Under the pieces are notes generated by a model. It saw nothing but the letters and a program-made list of their open reading frames with translations, did not search any database and was not told the origin of the DNA. Position numbers and translations under genes: made by a program. Positions 56,030-64,000 of a stretch of DNA of 64,000 nt are shown here, one piece after another. The stretch is from an uncultured Heliobacteriaceae bacterium (GTDB taxonomy: Bacteria; Acidobacteriota; Blastocatellia; RBC074). Within the stretch, counting starts at the first letter, position 1. Each line of letters begins with the position of its first letter. Where the stretch lies: assembly GCA_964563495.1 (NCBI GenBank), contig CAZLYK010000009.1:45-64044 (forward strand), written 5' to 3'.

Positions 56030-58273
56030 TTACCTCAACAATGCCTCGACCTTGGCGAGCAACTCCTCGAAGACCATCCGGCGTTTGCTGAGAAAGTCGT
56101 CGGCGCCCGATTGGAGGGCCTCGATCTTGTCTTCGAGCCCCTGGCGGCCGCCGAGCAGAATGACCGGGGTCTCGCGTTTGCGCTTGCGCAATTCGCGGCA
56201 GACGTCGAAACCCGAGTGGTGCTCAAGCAGGGCGTCGAGGATAAGCAATTGATAGTTCTGTTTGGAGTCTGATGCGCGTTCGAGCGCCTCGCGACCGTCC
56301 TGCACCCGCTCGACCTGATAGTTCTCGACCTCCAACCCTCGCTGCAAAATGGCGGCGAGCTCTTCGTTTGAGACGGCGACCATGATCTGTTGGATCTGTG
56401 GCGTGACCGGCGGCTGCAGGGTGGTAGTCATGGTTTTATGGGCCAGTGAAAGCCTGGCCGTGCCGGACATGGCGGGCAGGACTGTCGTCATGGCGCCCTG
56501 GACGTCGGCGAGTGTGGTTGACGACAGTCTCTCTTCGATGCCTTGCAACTCCGCCATGGCGCCGAGCTTGGCGAAGAGGCGCTGAGCCTCTTCAAGGTGG
56601 GCGCGCGCCGATTCCAGCCGGTTCTGACCTATCCGTAGAGTCCCGATCGCCGTGTGGCAGAGCGCGGTGCGGAACGGGTCGCCGATGGTCTGGAAGATCG
56701 AGAGGCTCTGGCTGAAACAGCGGTTGGCCTCGGTTGCCTGTCCGGCTTTGGCGTGAATCCAGCCGCGCGTGTAAAGCGCGCGGCCCATGAGATTCAAAGC
56801 CGGATCGAGCGATGTCGCAGCCTCGGCCGTTTCGACCTGATCTCTGGCTTTTTCCAGCTCGCCGTTGTTGGCATAGATCAGCGCCAGTTCCAGGGAGATC
56901 AGCACCTGCTCCTCGATCGCTCCGCGCTCGCGCGCCGCGATCGCCCCTTTTTCCAAAGCCTCTATCGCTTCCGGCGTCTGGCCGCGCGCCTGCAGAATGC
57001 GCCCGAGAATCCGCTGGGTCCTGGCATAGACCGTTTGACCGTGGAGTTTTTGCGCGGCCTCGATGGTCTCCAGCGCGGCATTCAGATCGCCCTGCAGCAA
57101 TTTCAGTTCCGCCTGATCGGTCAGCGCCACGGCCTCGGCTTTGGAGAGCCTGTGCTGCCGGGCCAGTCGCAACCTGTCTTCGAGCAGTTTCTCGGTCGCC
57201 GTCCACGACCCAAGCCGGGTTAGCACGCGCGAGAGACTGCTGTAGGCCTTGAGCAGCAACCTCGCGTTCCCGGTCGTTTCAAGCAATTGAATGGCCTCCT
57301 GGTAAGCCGGGATGGCCTCTCTCAGTTTACCCTCGGTGTAGAGGATGAGCGCCAGTTGCATTTGAATGCGGCCTTGTAAGAGCGCGTCTTTTGTCTCTTC
57401 GGCCAGCCGCGATGCACGGTTCCAATTGTAATTCGCCCCCTCGAAATCACCCTCTTTCCAGTCGGCTTTGCCGGCCAGGAAATGGACTTCGGAGCGAAGC
57501 CGCGAATTGCCGGCGCGGCGAGAGGCAGTCGCGGCGCGGTGCAGGTGATCGCGAGCCGAGACCAGGTCGTTGAGGCCGATCAACGCCCGGCCCAGAGATG
57601 CATGGGCGCCGGCGATCGCGGTCTCGTCGCCCGTCTCCTGATCGATCTTCCCGGCGAGGTCCAAGCAACGGACAAGGGTCTTGATCGCAGTCTTGTAATC
57701 TTTCTGCTCGATTTGTATCCGGCCGATCGAGAGCAGCACCATGGCCCGCAAAGCGGCGGGGAGCGATTCCAGCTCGGGTGACTCGTGATATTTCGCCAGG
57801 ACCTCTCGCGCCAGAGTGTGGTTGCCTTTATTGAGATGGGCTTCGGCCAGAATCCGGCGCAGGTTGGCCTCTTCGGCGTCGTCGGTACAGGGGGCCTCGA
57901 GCTTGCCCGAGAGTGAGTCGATCAGGTTCTCGGTCGTGCTTCGCGCATGAGGCTGTGGGACGGTGGTCCCTTTCTGGCTCAGTCTGAAGACCGCTTCCGG
58001 GCCGTTGCTGCCGAACCGTAGAACGTCGCCGTCATTGAGCATCTGCTCGGAAACGCGCTCGCCGTTGACGAAGCTGCCGTTGGTCGAGCCGAGGTCTCGC
58101 ATGAGAAAATCGTCGCCGAGTCGGATCACCTCGGCGTGTGTCCGGGAGATGATCGTCTCGGGTATGCAGAGCGAACTTTCGGGGCCCCTGCCTATGGTAA
58201 AACGCGGCGTGTCGAGCGGAATCACTCTGACTTCGCCGTTACTGGTCAGCAGAAGTTCTGCGCGCAGTCCCAT
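56030..58273 (-). CDS. FHA domain - TPR repeat - response-regulator receiver domain signalling protein
   Basis: N-terminal FHA (RFTIGRGPESSLCIPE...STNGSFVNG), long TPR array, C-terminal REC domain (LLILDALLEHHSGFDVCRELR...LSKR). Confidence 0.75.
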   Translation of the reverse strand: MGLRAELLLTSNGEVRVIPLDTPRFTIGRGPESSLCIPETIISRTHAEVIRLGDDFLMRDLGSTNGSFVNGERVSEQMLNDGDVLRFGSNGPEAVFRLSQKGTTVPQPHARSTTENLIDSLSGKLEAPCTDDAEEANLRRILAEAHLNKGNHTLAREVLAKYHESPELESLPAALRAMVLLSIGRIQIEQKDYKTAIKTLVRCLDLAGKIDQETGDETAIAGAHASLGRALIGLNDLVSARDHLHRAATASRRAGNSRLRSEVHFLAGKADWKEGDFEGANYNWNRASRLAEETKDALLQGRIQMQLALILYTEGKLREAIPAYQEAIQLLETTGNARLLLKAYSSLSRVLTRLGSWTATEKLLEDRLRLARQHRLSKAEAVALTDQAELKLLQGDLNAALETIEAAQKLHGQTVYARTQRILGRILQARGQTPEAIEALEKGAIAARERGAIEEQVLISLELALIYANNGELEKARDQVETAEAATSLDPALNLMGRALYTRGWIHAKAGQATEANRCFSQSLSIFQTIGDPFRTALCHTAIGTLRIGQNRLESARAHLEEAQRLFAKLGAMAELQGIEERLSSTTLADVQGAMTTVLPAMSGTARLSLAHKTMTTTLQPPVTPQIQQIMVAVSNEELAAILQRGLEVENYQVERVQDGREALERASDSKQNYQLLILDALLEHHSGFDVCRELRKRKRETPVILLGGRQGLEDKIEALQSGADDFLSKRRMVFEELLAKVEALLR

Positions 58274-58463
58274 CGACGTCGCTCTCCTCTGCCAATACTC
58301 CCGAGCGCTTGCGCTCGGGAGTTATAGCATTTAAGAAAATGGTTTTCCGATTCTTAGCCTGCGAAGCAGGCGTCAGAATCCAGAAACTGTCCGACAAGCT
58401 GGCAGCTTGTCGGACAGCGCCGCCAAAAACGGCGCCAGTATAGCAAAGTATCCGATATTTTTC

Positions 58464-58491
58464 TTGACCATCCCGCTCTCAAAGCTATAAT
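58464..58491 (+). promoter_or_regulatory. sigma-70-like promoter for the ATP-grasp operon
   Basis: TTGACC (58464-58469), 16-nt spacer, perfect TATAAT (58486-58491), about 100 nt upstream of ATG 58591. Confidence 0.5.
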
Positions 58492-58590
58492 CGCCGCGCT
58501 AATAATTTGAAACCCTGGACGACCCCACAGGTTGATGCCCTCGATTCAAGAAGAATTTTCAAGCGAGAACAATAAAGGGGATAGTTGCGA

Positions 58591-59412
58591 ATGTCTTCCC
58601 GGCTTAGAATCGGCGTGCTCTCCGAAGCCCGTTATCTGGAACAGAGTCAGCCTTCAGGACTCAGCGCAGAGTTGCAGAAACAGGGCCATCTAATCACCGT
58701 CATCGACCCGCAAAAGGCCTTCTACGTCATGGGCGATAACGGCTGGCATTCAAGTTTTGATCTGCTCGTCGGGCGTGGGCGGAGCTGGGCGCTGCTGGCG
58801 CTGCTCGGCTGGGCTGAGCGTGGAGGAACGCCGACGATCAACCAGCAGGAGGCGATTGCCGCCGTCCACAACAAGGCAAATATGTCGATCGCGCTCGCCG
58901 CCGCCGGCCTGCCGATTCCACAGACCTTTTTCGGCAGCGTCGAATATCTGGCGAGCGAGGTTTCACCAAATGCATATCCGATTATTCTCAAGCCGATCTT
59001 CGGCGATAACTCACGTGGGCTGCTGGTTGTCGATACCCCGGAACAACTGAAGCGGATCGAGTGGCCCGAACCGGTCGCGCTGGCGCAGCGATATTTTCAG
59101 ACCGATGGTTACGATTTGAAGCTCTACGGCATCGGTGACGAGATCTGGGCGATCCGCAAGCGCTCGCCGTTCAATCAACCGGTCGGGGAGGTTGCCGAAG
59201 GAGTCGTCACTCTGACGCCGGAACTGCAGGACCTGGGCCGGCGCTGCGGCCGGCTCTTCGGCCTCGATCTCTTCGGGGTCGATTGCATACTGACCGATCA
59301 GGGCCCGCTCGTGATCGAGATCAACGATTATCCGAACTACACCAACGTCCCTGACGCGAACGCGCGGTTGGCGGCTTACGTGGTCAAACGGGTGGAAAAT
59401 AGACAGGATTGA
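58591..59412 (+). CDS. ATP-grasp family protein 1 (RimK/LysX/ITPK-like)
   Basis: LVVDTPEQ, AQRYFQTDGYDLKLYGIGDE, LFGVDCILTDQGPLVIEINDYPNYTNVP; ATG 58591 with SD aaagggga; C-terminal NRQD* from the repeat. Confidence 0.8.
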   Translation: MSSRLRIGVLSEARYLEQSQPSGLSAELQKQGHLITVIDPQKAFYVMGDNGWHSSFDLLVGRGRSWALLALLGWAERGGTPTINQQEAIAAVHNKANMSIALAAAGLPIPQTFFGSVEYLASEVSPNAYPIILKPIFGDNSRGLLVVDTPEQLKRIEWPEPVALAQRYFQTDGYDLKLYGIGDEIWAIRKRSPFNQPVGEVAEGVVTLTPELQDLGRRCGRLFGLDLFGVDCILTDQGPLVIEINDYPNYTNVPDANARLAAYVVKRVENRQD

Positions 59413-59470
59413 CGGGATGATTGCAGGATTCGGCCGGACACTGCAGGAATTTTGTCAATCCCGTCTATTT
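59398..59470. repeat. family A element, copy 20 (asymmetric centre), between ATP-grasp genes 1 and 2
   Basis: aatagacaggattgacgggatgattgcaggattcggccggacactgcaggaattttgtcaatcccgtctatttt. Confidence 0.85.
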
Positions 59471-59481
59471 TATTAAATCAA

Positions 59482-60279
59482 ATGAAAATCGGCGTTATCA
59501 CCAAGCGCGAAAAAGCGCACAAGTCAGGGTCGGTCATGCAGGAGGCAGCCGGTTTGTTGACCGGGCGCGGCCTGACCGTGGAGATGATCTATCCCGAGGA
59601 TGGAGTGATCGAGATCGAGCGGGTCAAAAATGATTGTGATCTCTACCTGCTCAAGTCCGGGAGCGAGATGGCCTTGAGCCTGGCCGGCGTGCTGCACGAA
59701 TCGTATGCGGATATCCTCAATCCTTATCCGATCGTCGTGCTCATGCGCGACAAGATCGTCTCGACCAAGATGCTGCAGGATGCCGGCGTGCCGTTGCCTG
59801 AGACCTTCTTTGCGGCCAAGGCCGATCAACTGGCCGAACTGTTGAACGATGGTCCGCTTGTAGTCAAGCCTTTCTGGGCCGCATCACAGGGTCGTGGAGT
59901 CCAGATCATGCGGACGGCTGATGATCTGCCAGGGATCAGCCCCGATCAAGATCTGGTCTTCGCACAGCGATATCACCAGCCGGATGGGCGCGACCATAAA
60001 TTGTATGTCATCGGGGAGGAGGTTTTCGGAGTCCGCCGGGTCTGGCCGCCGAGGACCCTCGAGGACAAGCTTGGAGAGCCATTCGAAGTGCCGGCCGAGA
60101 TGAGAGAGATCGCGCTGCGCTGCGGCCGGGCCTTTAACATCGGGCTTTACGGCGTCGATGTGATTATCAGCGAAGGTCATCCGTTCGTGGTCGATATCAA
60201 CACCTTCCCGGGTTTCAAAGGGGTGCCCGGCGCCGCGAATTTGCTGGCCGAATATATTCTCTCGGTTTTGAGTTCCTGA
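59482..60279 (+). CDS. ATP-grasp family protein 2 (paralog)
   Basis: LVVKPFWAASQGRGVQ, FAQRYHQPDGRDHKLYVIGEE, LYGVDVIISEGHPFVVDINTFPGFKGVP; start ambiguous (ATG 59482 has no SD; TTG 59452 lies inside the repeat arm). Confidence 0.7.
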   Translation: MKIGVITKREKAHKSGSVMQEAAGLLTGRGLTVEMIYPEDGVIEIERVKNDCDLYLLKSGSEMALSLAGVLHESYADILNPYPIVVLMRDKIVSTKMLQDAGVPLPETFFAAKADQLAELLNDGPLVVKPFWAASQGRGVQIMRTADDLPGISPDQDLVFAQRYHQPDGRDHKLYVIGEEVFGVRRVWPPRTLEDKLGEPFEVPAEMREIALRCGRAFNIGLYGVDVIISEGHPFVVDINTFPGFKGVPGAANLLAEYILSVLSS

Positions 60280-60293
60280 ATGAGGTGAGTTGA

Positions 60294-61121
60294 ATGAAGC
60301 TGCATTTTATGATCGTTCGTCGTGTTCCACCGGTGCCCAGCCCGGTGCTGGTCGAGGCCTATCAGATATTGCGCGGGCGCGGTTACACCGTCACTGAAGA
60401 CATCGCCGAAGAGGTCATGCAACGATCGGATCTGATCGAAGTTGAGCACGACGTCTATCTTCTCAAGTCCCACACCGAGCTATCGCTCGCGCTGGCGGGC
60501 ATTCTTTACACCCAGGGTGCGAACATCCTCAATCCCTATCAATCCTGTTCGCTGATTCAAAGCAAGATCATCACATCCAGGCTGCTCCGGAAAGCCGGCA
60601 TCCCGGCTCCCGATTCGTGGGTGACCGGAGATTTGAGCATGGCCAAACCGCTGCTTGAGAGGCATCCATTGATCATCAAGCCGCATATGGGGCATCGCGG
60701 TGCCGGCGTCAACCTGTGCCGGGTTCCGGAAGACATCGACAAGATCCCGGCTCCCGAGACGCCGGTGATCATCCAGGAGGCGATTCCCGGTCCGGGAGAG
60801 GATTTGAAGATCTACGTCGTCGGAGACCAGGTCTACGGCGTCAAGAAGGCCTTTTCGGAATCCAGTTTTTCCGTCGCCGGGCGCCACGTGCCGATCACCG
60901 ATGAGGTCATGGAGATCTCGCGCAGGGTCGGCCAGGTCTGCGGTTTGGGGCTCTATGGGTTGGATATTATCGAGAGCGACCGAGGTCCTTACGTGGTCGA
61001 TGTCAACTACTTCCCCGGCTACAAGGGCGTCCCGAATGCGGCGGGCATGATTGCCGATTACATAGATGATTATGCCAAAGGCCGGGTAGTCCTGACTCCG
61101 CCGGTGGCCAATGTCGTTTAG
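60294..61121 (+). CDS. ATP-grasp family protein 3 (paralog)
   Basis: [63 protein letters not shown]; SD aggtgag. Confidence 0.8.
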   Translation: MKLHFMIVRRVPPVPSPVLVEAYQILRGRGYTVTEDIAEEVMQRSDLIEVEHDVYLLKSHTELSLALAGILYTQGANILNPYQSCSLIQSKIITSRLLRKAGIPAPDSWVTGDLSMAKPLLERHPLIIKPHMGHRGAGVNLCRVPEDIDKIPAPETPVIIQEAIPGPGEDLKIYVVGDQVYGVKKAFSESSFSVAGRHVPITDEVMEISRRVGQVCGLGLYGLDIIESDRGPYVVDVNYFPGYKGVPNAAGMIADYIDDYAKGRVVLTPPVANVV

Positions 61122-62388
61122 AGGCGGCAGAAGGGATGAGATTTTACCGGGGTTAACCAGAAGATGGTCGGGGAAGAGGGAATCGGTCAGCCCGGCGCTT
61201 TTGGGCATCCTGGCCGAAGGGTTTCTCTCGCGGTTGAGCTTTGGCGTAATCAGCTTTGCGTTGCCGATCTTTGCCTATCGCCGTCTGGGTTTGAGTCTGA
61301 GGGAGACGGGGCTGCTTTTCTCGCTCAATCTGGTCGCCGAGCAGTTGTTCAAGCCGTTGATGGGTTGGGTTGCGGATCACGTCGGCGTCAAGCGGACTTT
61401 TACGGTGGCGATCGCTTTGCGCAGCCTAGTCGCGTTATTGCTCGCCTTTGCCGTCTCGCCCTGGCACGTCTTCGCCATTCGCTTCCTCCACGGTTTCTCG
61501 GAATCGATGCGCGATCCGTCGGTCAATGTGCTGATCGTCGAGAACGCCAATCAGAGATCCCTGGCTTCGGCTTTTGGCTGGTATACGACGGCGAAGATGT
61601 CCGCCGGCTCGATCGGCAGGGCTCTTGGGGGCGCGCTGCTGGCGTTGGCAGTCGAAAACTATTCACTGGCCTTCATCTCCGCCTTTGCCTTGTCGATCCT
61701 TCCGCTCTACGTCGTTATGCGCTATGTTCGTGAACCGGGGAGACACGAGAAGCCGTTCGATCAGCGGACCGGTGATAAAGCAGCCGCATTCGAAGAGAGC
61801 AGGGCTAAGCGGAAGGGGATCTGGTCGGTCGCGATTCTGGGCTTTCTGATCGCCAGTACGGCCCAGATGATCAGCAATCTTTTTCCGATTCTGGCGATGG
61901 AGTACGGCGGTTTGAGCGCGGGGCAGATGAGCCTGATCTACTCGTTCTCGATCATCGTGGTGGTCGGGGCGGGGCCGATCTTCGGCTGGATATCCGATCA
62001 TGTCAGCCGCAAGCTGGTCTTGATGGTGCGCGGGATCGCCAACACCTGTTCGTCGTTGCTCTTCTTATATTTTCCGGGTTTTACCGGAATGTCCGCCGGT
62101 AATGTCGTCGATGCCATGGGCAAAGCGGCCTTCCGACCGGCGTGGGGCTCGCTCATGGCGCAAATTTCAACCGTCGATCGCCGGCGTCGCGCGCGCGTCA
62201 TGAGTTATTTGAGCCTGGGTGAAGGTCTGGGGGAGACTATCGGGCCGCTGCTCGGCGGTTTTCTCTGGCACTACTGGGGAGTCGGGGCCATGCTCGGCGT
62301 TCGCGTCGCGCTCGCCCTGATCGGCGAGATTTATGCCCTCGTTCTGTCGAGGGGATCTGTCAACAGTCCGGGAAAAAGCAGGGATTGA
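61111..62388 (+). CDS. MFS transporter
   Basis: 425 aa with about 12 predicted hydrophobic helices; embedded between ATP-grasp genes 3 and 4, overlapping both (11 nt and 4 nt). Confidence 0.7.
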   Translation: MSFRGGRRDEILPGLTRRWSGKRESVSPALLGILAEGFLSRLSFGVISFALPIFAYRRLGLSLRETGLLFSLNLVAEQLFKPLMGWVADHVGVKRTFTVAIALRSLVALLLAFAVSPWHVFAIRFLHGFSESMRDPSVNVLIVENANQRSLASAFGWYTTAKMSAGSIGRALGGALLALAVENYSLAFISAFALSILPLYVVMRYVREPGRHEKPFDQRTGDKAAAFEESRAKRKGIWSVAILGFLIASTAQMISNLFPILAMEYGGLSAGQMSLIYSFSIIVVVGAGPIFGWISDHVSRKLVLMVRGIANTCSSLLFLYFPGFTGMSAGNVVDAMGKAAFRPAWGSLMAQISTVDRRRRARVMSYLSLGEGLGETIGPLLGGFLWHYWGVGAMLGVRVALALIGEIYALVLSRGSVNSPGKSRD

Positions 62389-62426
62389 AAAGATTCCGGA
62401 AAAGACCTGTGGAATGGGAGACTGAT

Positions 62427-63287
62427 ATGCGTATCTGTTTTTTGATGGAGCCGCCGCGGAGCAAAGATTCCGTGACCTATGAAGTGCTCAATGGTTTGAA
62501 GGCCGGCGGCGCCGATGTCGAGGTGGTGACCGAGCGCAGCGGTTTGATCGATCTTGAAAACTTCAAATTCGATTATGACCTTTATCTGTTCAAATCGCAT
62601 TCGCCGCTGGCCGAATCTCTTGCAGCCGCGGCTCATTATCGCGGCGCGAAGCTGTTTAACGATTATCCGGCGACGATGAAGGTTCGTGACAAGGTCCTGA
62701 CCTGTACGCTTTTGCTGCAGGGCGACATCCCCACGCCAAAGACCTTTGTCACCGATTCGATCGAGACGCTACGCCCGGTCGTGCGCGAAATCCCGATCGT
62801 CGTCAAACCTTATCGCGGTCGCCGCGGCGAAGGCATCGAGGTCTGCCTCAATCAATCGCAGTTTGATGAGCTGGTCAAAAAACGGGCGGGAATGCCCGCC
62901 GGCGATCCCGATGAGGGCGGAGGTGAGGATGGGACCGCCCTCGGCGAGCGGTTGATCTTCGCCCAGGAATATCTCGAGCACGAACCGTTCGATTACAAAG
63001 CCTATGCGATCGGCGATTACGTCCACGTGATCAAACGCATCTTCCCGGCAAAGACCAAAGAGGAAAAATTGGGCACGCCGGTCGAGAATGATCCCGAGCT
63101 GTTCGACCTGGTCAGACGGTGCGGGAAGCTTTTCGGGCTCCAGCTTTATGGCGTCGATCTGGTCAAGACACCTCACGGCTTTTCAGTGATCGAGGTCAAC
63201 TGCTTCCCGGGTTATAAAGGCGTGCCGCAGGGCGGCGAGCGGATCTCTAATTTCATACTTGAAAAATCCGGGATTCGAGGTGAATAA
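62427..63287 (+). CDS. ATP-grasp family protein 4 (paralog with acidic Gly-rich insert)
   Basis: [63 protein letters not shown]; ATG 62427 with SD ggga. Confidence 0.8.
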   Translation: MRICFLMEPPRSKDSVTYEVLNGLKAGGADVEVVTERSGLIDLENFKFDYDLYLFKSHSPLAESLAAAAHYRGAKLFNDYPATMKVRDKVLTCTLLLQGDIPTPKTFVTDSIETLRPVVREIPIVVKPYRGRRGEGIEVCLNQSQFDELVKKRAGMPAGDPDEGGGEDGTALGERLIFAQEYLEHEPFDYKAYAIGDYVHVIKRIFPAKTKEEKLGTPVENDPELFDLVRRCGKLFGLQLYGVDLVKTPHGFSVIEVNCFPGYKGVPQGGERISNFILEKSGIRGE

Positions 63288-63420
63288 ACAAAGGGCGGGC
63301 AACATCTGGTCGTAAGTCCTCATCTCAGAGGCCGTTTTAGAAGCCCCAACAAGAAATAAGCTGTAGACGGAGGGGCCTGCTGGACAGGCTGAAGACTTTT
63401 TTAGGAGGAACGGGTGATTT

Positions 63421-64000
63421 ATGAATGATAATTCGGGATTGAACTTTGGGAGAGGTAAGGGTTTTAGAGGGGCGAACCGGCTGATGATCATGCTGGCCGT
63501 AATCCTGGCTTCGGCGCTCATGACCGGCGCCGCTTTTGCTCACTATCTGCTCACGGATGAAATGAAGACCGAATCTTCAAAGAAAGACGAGAAAGAGAAG
63601 AAGGCAGACAAGAAGAAATCAAAGTCCGTTGATGACGATGATGAAGACAGCGATAAGAGCAGGAAAATCGAAAAAGAGTCCAGGGCAAAGAGTTCGGACT
63701 TGAAATCGGAATCCGGAAAATCTGAGACGAAGGCGGTGAAGAATTCGGCACCGACCGTTTCTCTGACGGTTGCAGCGTTGGAATCGGTCAATGCGACGGT
63801 CGAGACCGATCCCGTGCCGCACGGCGGTGATGCTGCAGACGATCCGGCGATCTGGATCAACCAGGCCGATCCGTCGCAAAGCACGATCATCGGTACCGAC
63901 AAACAGGGAGGGCTGGCGGTCTACGATCTCAGCGGCAAACAGATTCAATACCTGGCCGACGGCAAGATGGATAACGTCGATCTGCGCGATGGGTTCAAGC
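63421..64000 (+). CDS. beta-propeller phytase (3-phytase), 5' partial, runs off the window
   Basis: signal/TM, acidic K/D/E linker, then [48 protein letters not shown] matching the Bacillus-type BPP phytase N-terminal blade; SD aggagg; the minus-strand ORFs listed here in the track are spurious. Confidence 0.7.
   Translation, partial: MNDNSGLNFGRGKGFRGANRLMIMLAVILASALMTGAAFAHYLLTDEMKTESSKKDEKEKKADKKKSKSVDDDDEDSDKSRKIEKESRAKSSDLKSESGKSETKAVKNSAPTVSLTVAALESVNATVETDPVPHGGDAADDPAIWINQADPSQSTIIGTDKQGGLAVYDLSGKQIQYLADGKMDNVDLRDGFK

Noticed and set aside
58338-58442. 34-aa ORF (MVFRFLACEAG...) upstream of the ATP-grasp operon as a possible RiPP/graspetide precursor or LysW-like carrier
   Set aside because: No SD; it lies upstream of the promoter and spans the operator-like palindrome; no Cys4 zinc finger or acidic C-terminus (LysW) and no Thr/Ser-Asp/Glu core motif (graspetide). 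No other small ORF in the tightly packed cluster.
63543-63948. Minus-strand ORFs at the window end
   Set aside because: The plus strand here encodes a clear beta-propeller phytase N-terminus with SD; the minus-strand ORFs are low-complexity mirror frames.

Overview
High-GC (~60%) bacterial chromosomal window; gene content suggests Acidobacteria or the Planctomycetes/Verrucomicrobia group (DUF1549/DUF1553 + DUF1501 pair, ECF sigma + Ser/Thr kinase-FGE pair, many sulfatase, PQQ and beta-propeller proteins). About 55 CDS, mostly housekeeping and carbohydrate metabolism (proS, rnr, coaD-rsmD, recJ, a galT-galK-galE Leloir set, apt, acyP, uxaA), two tRNAs (Pro-CGG, Arg-CCT) and one clear bidirectional terminator. 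Two things stand out. (1) An abundant ~85-105 bp palindromic intergenic element (about 21 full or partial copies in 64 kb) built from phased CAGGATT heptads around an asymmetric core. It supplies the last codons and stop of five genes, sits inside putative operons, and in one copy carries a nested ~190 bp hairpin-rich element. (2) At 58.4-63.4 kb, a promoter-led cluster of four tandem paralogous RimK/LysX/ITPK-like ATP-grasp genes with an embedded MFS transporter, next to a beta-propeller phytase and divergent from an FHA-TPR-receiver protein. No precursor peptide or LysW carrier was found, so this is the best candidate for an undescribed small-molecule biosynthetic or modification system. Also noted: a lower-GC island beside tRNA-Pro, and a PQQ-quinoprotein pair with a cytochrome c-HhH fusion.
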